A stretch of 64,000 nucleotides of DNA, from contig CM075978.1 in NCBI GenBank assembly GCA_038087875.1, forward strand, positions 127,224,001-127,288,000, in the 5' to 3' direction. The position numbers and the translations under genes were made by a program. The stretch is from Malacoraja senta. Taxonomy: Eukaryota. The notes beneath the pieces were generated by a model, which was given only the letters and a program-made list of their open reading frames with translations, ran no database searches and had not been told where the DNA came from. Below are positions 51,841-64,000 of the stretch, one piece after another. Each line of letters starts with the position of its first letter. Within the stretch, counting starts at the first letter, position 1.

Positions 51841-54449
51841 TAACACAAGTACATTCTCATTAAGTAGCTTCTTCAGTACTGTGAAATATAACAGCACAAT
51901 GAAACATTACACACTATAACATTTATATTCAAAAATATCAACCATTCTTTCTGAAAAAAATCTAAATATATAATGTATTATAAACATTTCAAAGTGCAAC
52001 ACATTTCTTCCTGTCTTGTACTGAGTTTGAACCACTCTGTCACAAAATATCTGATGAAATTATTTTTTTAAGGTAAATCTAGAGATGCTGTTGGAAATAA
52101 ATGTGCTTAGATTAATTGTATATAACTTCTGTTTGGAAAATGTAGCTGTAAGTGAGCAGTAAGCAATAAAGCAGCACTGGCTGTGTACGCACAATTGTTG
52201 ATGATTAGAATTATTATGGGGAACAAAAATAACCTTATAGACCTAACCGGAACATCACATTTTGTTCGTGCTTTCACTTCCTTTCATTCATAGTACCTAG
52301 TATATACTCTATGGCACTTACTGTACACACAACGAGGCATCATATGCTAAAATGTAATACTAAGCAGTAACACAATTGCCTTTCCATACATAAATCCAAT
52401 ATTGATAATCAGGTACAAGCCAGAGCATTACCTTCATCAAGAGTGCAACAGACTGTATCAATTACTGAGACATATTCATGCTTACAAACTGCATTGCAAA
52501 ACTTTTACCCATTATTTCAAACGAATATCACTTTTCTGTGAAAAACTTAAGCCCGGAGATTCCTCTTTGGATGAAACTGGAATAACTACAATATTTGCAA
52601 GCCATAGTATTTTGCTGGTGCACATTTACGCCCAAATTAGCCTTCAAAATTTATTAAAATTAACGGGTTTAATATAATCAGCAGAAATGAACACTGAATC
52701 TCCACCAGTATATGATTTATTTGACCGTTAAAATGTAAGTTTTTGATCATTCAGCTATCATTCTTCTTTATCAGCCAGGGGAACATGTTTAATTATTATG
52801 CAATAAGACAACACCGATTCATTTAGCCAGTATTAGGGTGTAAAGGGTTAAATTATGGGGACTCATTGCGCAAACTTGACTACCTTTTTGCTGAGGTTAG
52901 AACGTTGAGAGAGAATGTAATTAAGGATTTTTACAATAAGAAAAGGATGTGACAGAATCAATGATGAGACTACTTCATCTTGTAGGGGGAAATCAGAGAA
53001 AAAGGGTACAATTTTTCAATTAGAATTAAGTCATTTGGCAATGAGATCAGAATCACATGTTCACATAAAGGCACAGTAGATTTGGAGTTCACCCTGCAGT
53101 TCAATGCAGCTTGTCATTTGACATTTTCCAGTCTAAGAGTGATGGAATTTCAATAGCTAAGACGACCAGGAGATATGAAAAGAGATGAGTAAGTGAAAAT
53201 AAAATATAGATTACACCTTATATAACAGAATGGCAGAACAACTTTAAGGGATGAATGGTCAATTCTGTTTTTTGGTGTCAAACAGCATTACTGGAATTAC
53301 ATAAAAATAAGCAGAATTTACGGCACAGAACCAGGCCACTCAGCCTAATGATTTCATGCTTGTGTTTCTGCTGCAAATAGCTCCTTCCAATCTGCTTAAT
53401 CTATCCCTGCATAGACATCCTTTCCCCCCCATGTTGTTAGATAACTTCCTCTTAAAAGCCTTATGTTCATCGTCTCAGCTACGAATGGCAGCAAGTTTCT
53501 CCTTCTAATAACTCTCTGGGATAAAGACATTTCTCCTAATTTTCTTTTTCGATTTACTGGTGGCAATCATATATTTATGACTCCCAGTTTTACACTTCCT
53601 CACAGGTTGCAATATCATCTCTACCTCCACAAGATCAAACCCTTTCATAATTGTAATGACCTCTACTCAGTCATCCTTTAGCCTTGTCACATCAAGAAAA
53701 GAGTCCCAGGCTGTTCAATCTTCTTTGATAGTTATAACCTCTCAGTTCTGGTATCATACTTGTAAATCTTTTTACAGAGCAGTCACCTTCAAGGAAACAT
53801 GAGTGAAATATATGATCAAAATCAGTGAGATAGATTGAAAACACATTATCATGTATGAAATTCTGTACATTTCTTGGAGTAATATCTACCAACTGGTGAA
53901 TATTTTGAGCAAAATGAGTGAATCTCTCCATAAATGTTAAGAGGTGACAACCTTGTTATGTTACCACTGATTATTGTGAGAATAATGTGGTGCAGATTTC
54001 CTGATACCTCAACACACAGATAAAGCAGAAAATATAAAGCAGGTTTGGGTGAGGATAAATGCAAAAAAAATTGCAATTGTAGGAACATTTGTTGAGAAAT
54101 TAATTTCTGATTGGAAGTGCCAAATTCAATTGAATTTCAGAGGCTGAATACAAAGTGCGGATGTAAGTATATAGCACGATAGCACTGCCATACTTCCTAA
54201 GTATGTGTTTCATGCTGCGGCCAAATGTCTGGTTTACAAACAAATGGAAAGGATGAAGGTAATGTGGGCAACTCAGGTTATCCATGACCAAAATAATGAA
54301 CACAATTTCCCAAGCCTTAAAAATTATGGAATTTGTTTGCACCCATATTTTGAATAATCAGTGTGCAATTGGAGAGGAAACCCCAGGCTCAGGTTCATGT
54401 TAAATTCACATTTTCCTACATTCTCCTTACCTTGGTAAAAACAAATCAT

Positions 54450-54768
54450 TTACCCCTCAATATCATCCACTAATGTTGTCCCATTAATACCTCGGTAGGT
54501 CACACGGCTTGGTCGTACCAGAACTCCGTAATTTGGTTTACAAGTAAAATAACGTTTCTCTCCCACGCAGCCGTCATTTTTTCCCTTAGGTGAACGCAGT
54601 TCCAGTCCAAGCCAAACTCCAGGAGCAAAGTCAGTGGGTCCGATATATCTAATGATCGCCATCTCACTGGAGCTGCTCAGTAGTACCTGTGACCCTTCGT
54701 GTAACTTCACATTTCTCTCAGTCATACTTGTGCTGCTCCAACTTCGTCTCATGCTTGGATTTTTTGGC
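54450..54768 (-). CDS. CLIP4: CLIP4 (CAP-Gly domain-containing linker protein 4) terminal coding exon
   Basis: Acceptor tcttgttttcag|G; encodes PKNPSMRRSWSS...VKLHEGSQVLL...RYIGPTDFAPGVWLGLELRSPKGKNDGCVGEKRYFTCKPNYGVLVRPSRVTYRGING*. GKNDG CAP-Gly motif, CLIP4-type C-terminus, and convergence with ALK as in human. Confidence 0.94.
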
Positions 54769-55448
54769 CTGAAAACAAGAAATAATTGTTGTTAGGTGTA
54801 AATCGTGAATAATGAAAATTCTTCTGGAAGGGCTCTGCCCAAGATATTAGCCCATCTTTCCTTTGCACCTGCGGGTTAACTTATTCTTCATTTCGAGCAT
54901 TTTTGGTTTTTATCTGTTTTTCAGCGTTGTACTTCTTTTAAGTTCAATGAATCACATCTTGACTTTAATATTCAAAGAGGAAGGCTGAGAGAAGTACTGC
55001 CTCAGATGAAACTGATTTTACTAAGTTAAAATTTAATTTAATCTGTAGGAATGCAGATATTCCTATGAATGCTGCTATAGCATTTGGACATTAATTACAC
55101 TGGATTACATTATATAATTTAAAAAAATACGTACTTCCAGCAGATATTGTAAGAACTAGGTCGGCATGGGCAAATTGGGCTGAAGGGCCTGTTTCCTTGC
55201 TGTATAATTCAATGACTATAAATATGGGCAGGTGGGACTAGCAGATATGGGGCATCTTGGTCGGCATGGGAAAGTTGGGCTGAAGGGCCTGTTCCCATGC
55301 AGTTTGATTCTGTAACTGCAATCTGAAACATCTTCATGATGATGTGAATTTTGAGGGTCTGATTAATTAAACAATTTTACTTTAACATCCTTTATTTTTG
55401 CTTCTCTAATGCTTTCCGCATGCATGCCTAACAAGACATACTGGAAAC

Positions 55449-56918
55449 CAGTGGCGGATCTACATTTTTGGGGCCCTGAAGATTGAACTGCTATGGGGGC
55501 CCCTTCGCAACCAGCAACGAGGTCTGGGTAACCACTGTTATCTTCTTCAATGGGGTTGTTCCATGACAGGTTGGCTAGGCTCACGGCAGGGTCCAGGGGA
55601 AGCGCCCCAGTGGAGGTTCATGGGGCAACGCCCCCTGAAGCTCCTGCATTTTCAATAGATTGAAAATGTATTGAAAAAACTACCAGCTTAGAATTTTTCT
55701 AACACATAAGCAGTAAAATAACCCCCAAAATATATATATTTCATGAAATAGACAATAGACATTTCTATGATCATCCACAATCAGTACCCCATTCTTGCCT
55801 TCTCCCCATATCTCTTGACTCTGCCATCTTTAAGAGCTCTATCTATCTCTCTCTTGAAAGCCTCCAGAGAATTGGCCTCCACTGCCAATCCACTCTTGAA
55901 GATAGCGGAACGAGGTACTGATTGTTGATGATCAGCCATGATCACAGTGAATGGTGGTGCTGGCTTGTAGGGCCGAATGGCCTACTCCTGCACCTATTGT
56001 CTATTCACAACGCTCTGTGTGAAAAAGTATTTCCTCATCTCCGTTCTAAATGTCCTATCGCTTATTCTTAAAATGCGGACCCTGGTTCTGAACTCTCCCA
56101 GCATTGGAAACATGTTTCCTGCCTTTAGCGTGTCCAAACCCTTAATAATCTTACATGTTTCAATAAATGGCCTCATACAGCTAAAAAAATCTTTTAAAAA
56201 AATGTAACCTGAAATGTCTCTTTGCCTAGCACCGAGATGAGAAAAAACTTATTCATCCAGAGTTGTGAATTTGTGGAATTCGTCTCCTTCAGCAGCACCT
56301 CGGTCTCCCTTCCTGAGCTCAGACACCCACTTCTCCTCACCTCACCTATGCTCACTTCCCCTCACCTACACCTCGACTACTCCCCTCACCTCATTAAACC
56401 CCTCGCCTCAACGATAGCTCATTACCAAACTTCTCCTCACACCTAAACCTCTCATCGACTAAACCGTACCTCACTAAACCTCGCCCCTCAAATAAACCTC
56501 ACACCTCACCTCACACCTTAACCTCACCTCAATTTAACTAAACCTCCCACCTCACACCTAATCCGCGCCTCGACTAATCGCCACCTCTCTCCCGCTCCCT
56601 CTATTTATAGCCATCCCCCCCCACCTCCCCGGCTGTTGGCAGCGCCTCACGTGAGCGGAACGGCTCCAATCAGGGGGGCGGGGCCAAGCTGGTAGAGCGG
56701 CGCAGGCGCATTGCCCGAGAGAGCCGGTGGGAGGGAAGGGGTGCACCGCACTGACGTTGCGTCGAGCCCGAGCCCTGTCCCCCCACCCGCGGTGGCCGCG
56801 CCCCTCCCCGTGGGAGGGGCTGCGGGATTTAAATCGGAAGAATATGCTTCTGGGGCCCCTGCGGGATTAGGGGCCCTGAAGCTTAAGCTTCATTAGTTTC
56901 ATAGTAGATCCGCCGTTG
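55449..56918. mobile_element. Non-autonomous hAT element (1470 bp) with cargo
   Basis: TIRs CAGTGGCGGATCTA and CAACGGCGGATCTA, 8-bp TSD CTGGAAAC (55441-55448 and 56919-56926); internal CR1 fragments, (CCTCA)n tract and CpG-rich block. Confidence 0.88.
56575..56757 (-). promoter_or_regulatory. Pol II promoter-like motif cluster inside the hAT element
   Basis: TATAAATA (- strand, 56602-56609), TCACGTGA 56647-56654, CCAAT 56666-56670, GGGGCGGGGC 56675-56684, GCGCAGGCGCA 56700-56710, TGACGT 56752-56757. Confidence 0.5.
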
Positions 56919-57673
56919 CTGGAAACTTGTGATAAAAAGGCAATAAATATTGTAACAAACTCAGCAGCTCTGCTGCGTGAAAAAGCTCAGATTCCACATG
57001 GCCCTTCTTTTAGAGGCACGATTGAAAATCATTGCTTTTAGATTGCAAACCTATACTTTACCACTGCGGAGCATAAATTGCATTGCCAAACACAATATTT
57101 ATCTTCAAAATTTGATCAAATCAATATTTGAATTTCAAAAATATTAAATAAAAGTATTTTTCTGCTCACCTAAAAAGATTCTAATTCAAAAGAAATGTTT
57201 AAATATATAAACCCCATTGCGCATTATTCCATCCAATAGCAGAAACTTGCAACAAATTTGCATATAACAGCTAGAGTAAAATATGTTATTAAATATACCC
57301 TATAACTAGCTTCACGTTGCTTTGTGTCTTCCTTTATTCAAAGGTATACTAAAAAGAAATAGCATGTCAGGGCATTAAGGCACTGGTAACTGCTGTATTT
57401 TTTAATTACACCTATCTTTACCATTGTTAAAATAATGCAGGTCAAGGCGACAATTTAATAGCCACTTTGCAAAGCTGCTGTTGGCGGCACTTCTCAACTT
57501 GATTGGGAGTGCTGCACACTAAATGAGACTGCGGAAGGGCCATGAGAACATAGTCAGCGTTTATGTATTTCAAAACAACTCCAATTAAATTGTGGTTAAA
57601 AAAATTAATTACTCTTCTACCAGCTGGCATACTAACAACCTTGGTTCCAATTGTATGGTCCTGTCACCAGCTA

Positions 57674-58234
57674 CAGTGCCCTCCATAATGTTTGGGACAA
57701 GGACCTATCATTTATTTATTTGCCACTGTACTCCACAATTTGAGATTTGTAACAGAAAAAAAATCACATGAGGTTAAAGAGCACATTGTCAGATTTTATT
57801 CAAGGGTATCTTTATACATTTTGGTTTCATCATGTAGAAATTACAGCTGTGTTTAAGCTAAAAATGGCTGCAATACAGGCCTGGCAGAGCATCACCAGAG
57901 AAGACACCCAGCAACTGGTGATGTTCATGAATCGCAGACTTCAAGCAGTCATTGCATGCAAAGGATATGCAACAAAATGCTAAACATGACTAGTTTCATT
58001 TACATGACATTGCTGTGTCCCAAACATTATGGTGCCCTCAAATGAGGGGACTATGCATAAACACTGCTGTAATTTCTACATGGTGAAACCAAAATGATAA
58101 AAATGGCCTTTATTAAAATCTGACAATGTGCACTTTAAGCACATGTGATTTTTTTTCTATTACAAATCTCAAATTGTGGAGTACAGAGGCAAATAAATGA
58201 TGGGCCTTTGTCCCAAATATTATGGAGGGCACTG
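57674..58234 (+). mobile_element. Tc1-like deletion derivative (MITE) with long TIRs
   Basis: TA|CAGTGCCCTCCATAAT...ATTATGGAGGGCACTG|TA, about 180-bp TIRs, and transposase C-terminus AWQSITREDTQQLV...RRLQAVIACKGYATKC. Confidence 0.92.
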
Positions 58235-59442
58235 TATGTTACCAACTGGGCTTGGTGTTTTGTAGGAGTGCAAAATAATGAGATCAATATTTTGTTCATG
58301 AGTGACCACATAAATACAACCACTATTTGCTGCATCATAAAAAATATGCTGGCATTTCTATAACATAGTCTTGTGTAATGATAAAAGGCAATAAAACAAA
58401 TCACTCGCAGCTGGAGGCATCGTGGCATCTAAAGCTCCTCATTTTCGTCAACATTACAATTCAGCAGTTTCATTATCATCATGCTTCTTCAAAGAAACAA
58501 AATGCTTGCAAAATACTGATGGAATTCAGCAGTTAGATGGCAGCACCCTGCCCTTATAAAAAAATAGCATAATATTGTTTTTGTATAAAATGTTAGAAGC
58601 AGCATAAGCTTCATTACAGGCACAGTATGGAGTCCAGATTGTCAAAATATTTATCCATTATCAAATATTCATCACGTACAACATTTCCTGAAACTTTAAT
58701 GTTCAAACCTATCATTCAACCAACAATTTAATTCATATAGTATCTTCAACGTGTATCTCAAGGTGCAAGAGAGAATTGTTATCAGACAAGATACAAAACG
58801 GAGGCATACAGTATGACCAAAGGTTTGATCAAATAATTAGATTTAAAATAAACATTTGAAATCAGGAAAGGCTGAAAAGCAAGGTTTACCTAGCTCTCAA
58901 GGGATCCATCCTAGGTAATTATCTTCCTTATCTACACTCCACTTCCCAGCACCATTTGTCATAGTTGTGTCCGAAATCATAGTGTTGTTACCCAGTCTCT
59001 AAACTCTTTTCTATGTCCCTCTCTGATTGTTAACAAAGCCAAACCTTAATAGCACATTATTTAGGTGTCCTGTTTCACCCCAAGCTGAAGTGCAAAAGTC
59101 ATATTTCCAGAAACACCTTTGTAACTTCACCTGGTTGTACCTCCGCGTTTCAAAACTCTCAGATATTCATGGCACCCAAGCTCAGCTTTGCCAGCTCTCC
59201 ACAATAGGTTGCGTTACTTGAACAAATATATACTCCAAGTGGTATAGAAGTAGCTGGGGGCACAGCTGCCAGAGCTGCAGTGATGAAAACCACATATATT
59301 CAAAAGGATAGACTATGATATTAGAGATACAGCGTGGAAACAGGCCCTTCAGCCCAACCGGGTCTTTGCCAGCTTGTGATCACTCCATACACAATAGGGA
59401 CAATTAAAACATTTTAACCAAAGACAATCAACCTACAAACCT

Positions 59443-59573
59443 TAGATAGACACAAAAAGCTGGAGTAACTCAGCGGGACAAGCAGCATCTCTGGAGAGAA
59501 GGAATGGGTGACGTTTCGGATCGAGACCCTTCTTCAGACCCTAAACTTCTCGACCCAAAACGTCACCCATTCC
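59443..59573 (-). mobile_element. Penelope-like pLTR fragment inserted in a V-SINE remnant
   Basis: Same unit as 62420-62579; follows SINE sequence ACCTACAAACCT. Confidence 0.7.
59506..59541 (-). ncRNA. Minimal type I hammerhead ribozyme motif (Penelope-associated)
   Basis: GGGU-CUGAAGA-A-GGGUC UC GAUCC-GAAAC-GUC-ACCC: conserved core, stem II, 4-bp stem I and palindromic ACGU stem III. Confidence 0.6.
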
Positions 59574-61157
59574 TAGAAAGCATCCCATCAGGCAGGATGC
59601 ATCATTCACATTTTGGTGTGGGAACTGCTGTGCCAAAGACTGCGAGAAACCATTGACAGCTAACGCAACCCAGTCCCAAAAGAGCAATCTCAATCATGGC
59701 TCCTCTGACAGTACAACGCTTCCTCAGCACTGCAATGAAAAGTAACCCAGATTTTTTGTAATGGGTTAATTCATGTACTGTGTAATATGTGCACAACTGT
59801 TCGTGCTCCGGAGACAGAGAAGATTTGCTTACATTGAAAAGGGTATACAGAAGGTTACAAGCAAGACAATCAGCAACTACAAAATCAGAAATAAATCTGA
59901 AACACTAACTCTGTTTTTCCTTTCACTGTTACCAGGAATTTCTGATTTTGTTACAAGTTTGATATCAGATACAATAAATATTAAAGACAATGAAAGATTA
60001 AGGTTTGAACTTATGGCATGAAAAGATGAAGATAACAAAGAAATTTCATTAGAACAAATAAAATATTAAAACATCCAGTTTAGGAAAGACATTGCATCCA
60101 CTTTCAAATGAATAGAATATAACCAGATAAAATGAATAAAAATGAGCGAAAAGTACATTCAAAGAAAGACATTTAACATATACTTTTGACAACATTTTTG
60201 AAAACATTTTATAACTTCAATATTTGAATTTTCTGTTACTGGCAAAAGCAAAAGCCAGTTGAAAATATAGTTGAATATTCCTGACCCACTGACTTTGTGT
60301 TTTGCTAGAACATTGGAATCTGAAGAAGGGTCCCAACCTAAAATGTCTCCTATCCATGTTTTCCACAGATGCTGCCTGACTCGCTGAGTTACTCCAGCAC
60401 TTTGTGTCCTTTTGTGTAAACCAGCATCTGCAGTTCCTTGGTTCTATGATCTACTGAGCAAGTTTGAGGGGCCAAATGGTCTACATCTCTCTTACTCTTT
60501 TGTTCCTCTTAAGTAGCATGATCGCTTCAACGATCCCTCTTTATTTGTAATGTTATATTTTGTACCTTGCTGGGGAAGTTGCTTTTATTTACTAGCAAAA
60601 ACATTCTAACTATCTCCCCCCAGTGGAAATGGCTCATACTGCAACCTGGTCAACTTACTCCTACGTTCTTGCTCTTTTGTTACACGTTTATCCGGACAAC
60701 CAAGGTACGTTCCTGAATCAAATATCAACCTTATTAATCTAAGAAAACTGGGATCTTAAGAAAAGATACCAATTATTATTTCTGAACAGTGGAATCAGTC
60801 GTGAAATCTATCTATAAAACATTGCTGATTAAAATCTCGTGGATAAGAGGATGAACTCTGAAAAAAGGAAATGCTCAATTTTTTTTTGTGGTGCTAGGAT
60901 TAGAAGGACTCAGTATAATGGGGCCGCTGCAGAGTGTAAATGTTCTTATTCCAACTTCTGCCCAGTCTACCTTCCCTATAGCCAGTATTTCACTGTGCAT
61001 CCTGCTGCAGAGAGGTACTGAAATCAGGCATAACGCTTAATGGCAATATCTTCCCTACTAATTATCTAATGCATAAAATTTATCTTTGTGTGATTGTATT
61101 AGCTAATGTATTACTATTTGCCATATCATATGTAGTTACAATTTTTCATTCTTTACA

Positions 61158-61455
61158 TTTAGACTTTAGACTTTAGAGATACGGCGCGGAAACAGGCCCT
61201 TTGGCCCAGCGAGTCCTCGCCGACCAGCAATCATTCCGTAAACCATCACAATCCTACACACGTGGGACAATTTACAATTTACCGAAGCCAATTAACCTTT
61301 TTGGAATGTGGGAGGAAACCGGAACACCCGGAGAAAGCCTATGCAGTCAGAGAGAGAATGTTCAGACTCTGTACAGACAGCACCCATAGTTGGGATCAAA
61401 CCTGGGTCTCTGGCGCTGCAAGGCAGCAACTATACCGCCATGCCACTCTGCCACC
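61158..61455 (-). mobile_element. V-SINE (HE1-like)
   Basis: Family sequence with a (TAAAGTC)n tail. Confidence 0.82.
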
Positions 61456-61798
61456 CTCATGCTGCATTAATATTCTTATTAATTAGTAGTCTATAGCTTA
61501 AAATTTAAAATGAAATCATGTGCAGTAGTTTCTGCTGACGCTATTGAGAGCATAGAAAAACCTGATGGAAATTTGCCCCGCAACACTTTAAAACATAGAT
61601 ACATCAAAAGTAGAGTGCTACCTAGCACAAGGCTTAGATTGCTTCCAGGAATTTCTGGACAAGTACTTGAAAGTCACACATTACATTTTATTTTCTCCAT
61701 TGCATTTTTGAAATTCTTTACCCAAATCCATAGGGATGTATTAATAAGTCTATCATTCAAAAGAAGAATACTTTACTCTTAAACATTTCCTGCCCTTT

Positions 61799-62235
61799 CC
61801 CCACAATTAAAATGTGGATTACGGAAATGACCAAGACCTTGCATTTGGAAAAAATAAGATTTGTATTAACTGACAAACCAGAATTATTTTCTAAAATATG
61901 GTCTCCATTTATTGAATTTTTAAAAAAGTAAACTGGTTTAACACAAAATTAAAGTCATAACTTGAGTTTAGGGTTGGATGAACAACTATACTCAACATCT
62001 CCGGGATCTATCTCCACAATCTTTATATTTGTAATCTCTTTTCCTTCTTGCCTTTTTTCTTTTTTTTTCTTTCTCCTTTTTATTAGTTTATAGTCTCTTT
62101 TATTTCTTTTTTTTTCTCTATTTCTTTCCTTTAAAAAAAACCTTTAAAAATTGAAGCTATGTAAGAACTCTGTAACCAGTTTGTTGTTTATTACCATTGG
62201 TACATATGCTTTTAATTAAAAAAAATAATTAAAAA
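61799..62235 (+). mobile_element. L1/Tx1-type LINE 3' end
   Basis: PTIKMWITEMTKTLHLEKIRFVLTDKPELFSKIWSPFIEFLKK*, A-rich tail, 18-bp TSD AAACATTTCCTGCCCTTT (61781-61798 and 62236-62253). Confidence 0.88.
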
Positions 62236-62419
62236 AAACATTTCCTGCCCTTTAACTGGGAATCAGGATATTATTAAAACAAATAATAGTCATGATGATT
62301 ACAAAACTACAAGATTGTTATTATATGTTACCTGGTTCACTAATATCCTACAGGGATGGAAACCTACCCTCCTTACCATAGTTTATAAATCTGTTTATAC
62401 ATGACTCCAGATCTACTAA

Positions 62420-62579
62420 AGATACACACAAAATGCTGGACTGAAGTCTGAAGAAGGGTCTCAACCCGAAACGTCACCCATTCCATCTCTCCAGAGATGC
62501 TGCCGTCCCACTGAGTTATTCCACCATTTTATGTCTATCTTCCGTTTATACCAGCATCTGCAGTTCCTTCACACACATA
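62420..62579 (+). mobile_element. Penelope-like pLTR insertion with a hammerhead core at 62448-62475
   Basis: 14-bp TSD TCCAGATCTACTAA (62406-62419 and 62580-62593); short inverted 5' piece, then CTGAAGA-A-GGGT CTCA ACCC-GAAAC-GTC. Confidence 0.78.
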
Positions 62580-64000
62580 TCCAGATCTACTAATGTGATT
62601 AACTAGAAAATAGCCTTCTAAGAGCTATGAGAGATAGGAAAATAAAGCTGGCATTCATGGGGTGGGTGGTGGTGGGGAAGATTAGTTTTCATGTTGAAAC
62701 TATTTGCATAATATTTAGTTCATCTCCTGGAAAGGATGCTATGCACTGTGATGCTTCAAAATCAAAGCAAATTAATGTCAAATTTACATTAGAACAGTGA
62801 AACTAAGAAAATAATTGAAACTGTATCCTATTATAACCACAAGAACAACAATATTTAGTTAAATAGCACCATAAACATTGCAAAGCATCTTAAATTTGCA
62901 AAGAAACAAAATTTGACACCAGCCACGCAGCAAGATATTAGAGTTGAAGATATAAAGCTTGGTAAAAGAAATGGGTATTAAAAAGGGATTTGAAGGAGAA
63001 AAGGAGAGCTGCAGAGGTGGAAAAGGAGTTGGGGGAGAAGGCAGGAGAATGGGGTTAGGAGGAAGAGATAAATCAGCCATGATTGAATGGCGGAGTACAC
63101 GATGGACCAATTGGCCTAATTCTGCTCCTATCACATATGGAGAAAAATAGCAGGGCTTGGGTAGTAAAAGCACACTATGAACTATGAAGAGCAATTAATT
63201 TGGTGGATAATCATGAAGTCAGCAAGGAAAGAGGCAGATTCCTTCAAATCACTAAAGGTCAAGATGCAAGTGCAACATGTGTAACTATTGGTAGGAGGGT
63301 TCTTTATTAAGAGATTTGATTACAGCAGTAAATAAGTCTAATTGCAATTAATTTTAGCTCTGGTGCAACCACACCTGGAATATGCTGTAGTTTTGATATC
63401 TGTACCCAAGGAAGGATGTACCTGTCATAATGGATTAGCTCCAGCAATGGTGGGTTTGCTGTCTGAGAGATAGTTTGCAAGGGGACATATTCTTTCGAGT
63501 TTAAAATAAGAGGAGATTTTATTGAAACTTAACACAATTGTAAAAGAGATTGACAGGCTAGAAGCAAGGAGGATATTTCCCTCGAGTGAGAAGCTTTGGG
63601 CCAGAAGGCACAATTTGAGAATAAGAAATTGGCTATTTAGGGCTAAGATGAGAAGAATTTGTTCATTTAGTGAGCAGTGAAGCCTTTAAATTCTTGGCTT
63701 GAGAAATCTGTGTGGTTATATTCATTCATAATAAAGATGGATAAATGAGTGGGAAAATTAGTTAAGATATGTACATAAAGTATACTTACATTGTTTGCAC
63801 AACCCCATTGAAATGCAATAGGCTACAAATAAGAAGCGCTAATGTTATTGAGGTGAAGCTATGGTTGTAGACAATCTAGGTTAGCCACAGACAGTTATGG
63901 GGAATAGAGTTTATGGAATGTATCCAATGAAACTCGCATAGCTATCGATGCCAGAATGCAGGATGTGGAAAATGTATCTTGTCAACAAAGTGAAAATCTT

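Noticed and set aside
54769-64000. Penultimate canonical CLIP4 exon
   Set aside because: I found no segment resembling the expected Ser/Arg-rich linker with a phase-2 donor; it is probably beyond the window or was missed by eye.

Overview
Vertebrate genomic DNA, most likely from a cartilaginous fish (skate/ray-like), inferred from abundant HE1-type V-SINEs and HER1/CR1-type LINEs. Two genes converge tail-to-tail, as ALK and CLIP4 do in human. The last five coding exons of ALK lie on the + strand (2635-27856; C-terminal half of the kinase domain plus tail), and the last coding exon of CLIP4 on the - strand (54450-54768; CAP-Gly domain). The rest is introns and intergenic DNA dense in transposons. 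Highlights: (1) an 8.45 kb antisense, tRNA-Pro-primed class I ERV in the ALK activation-loop intron, with both LTRs, an ATAT TSD, a decayed and internally deleted gag, no recognisable pol/env, and three nested insertions; (2) many Penelope-derived units carrying minimal hammerhead-ribozyme cores, one with an intact core in the CLIP4 sense orientation; (3) an hAT element carrying a compact Pol II promoter-like cassette pointing into the last CLIP4 exon; (4) a GC-rich non-autonomous retroposon family with a shared head and swapped LINE-type tails; (5) a candidate cryptic or terminal exon in the ALK activation-loop intron. All calls are by eye. Repeat boundaries without a TSD are approximate, and family names need Dfam/Repbase confirmation.
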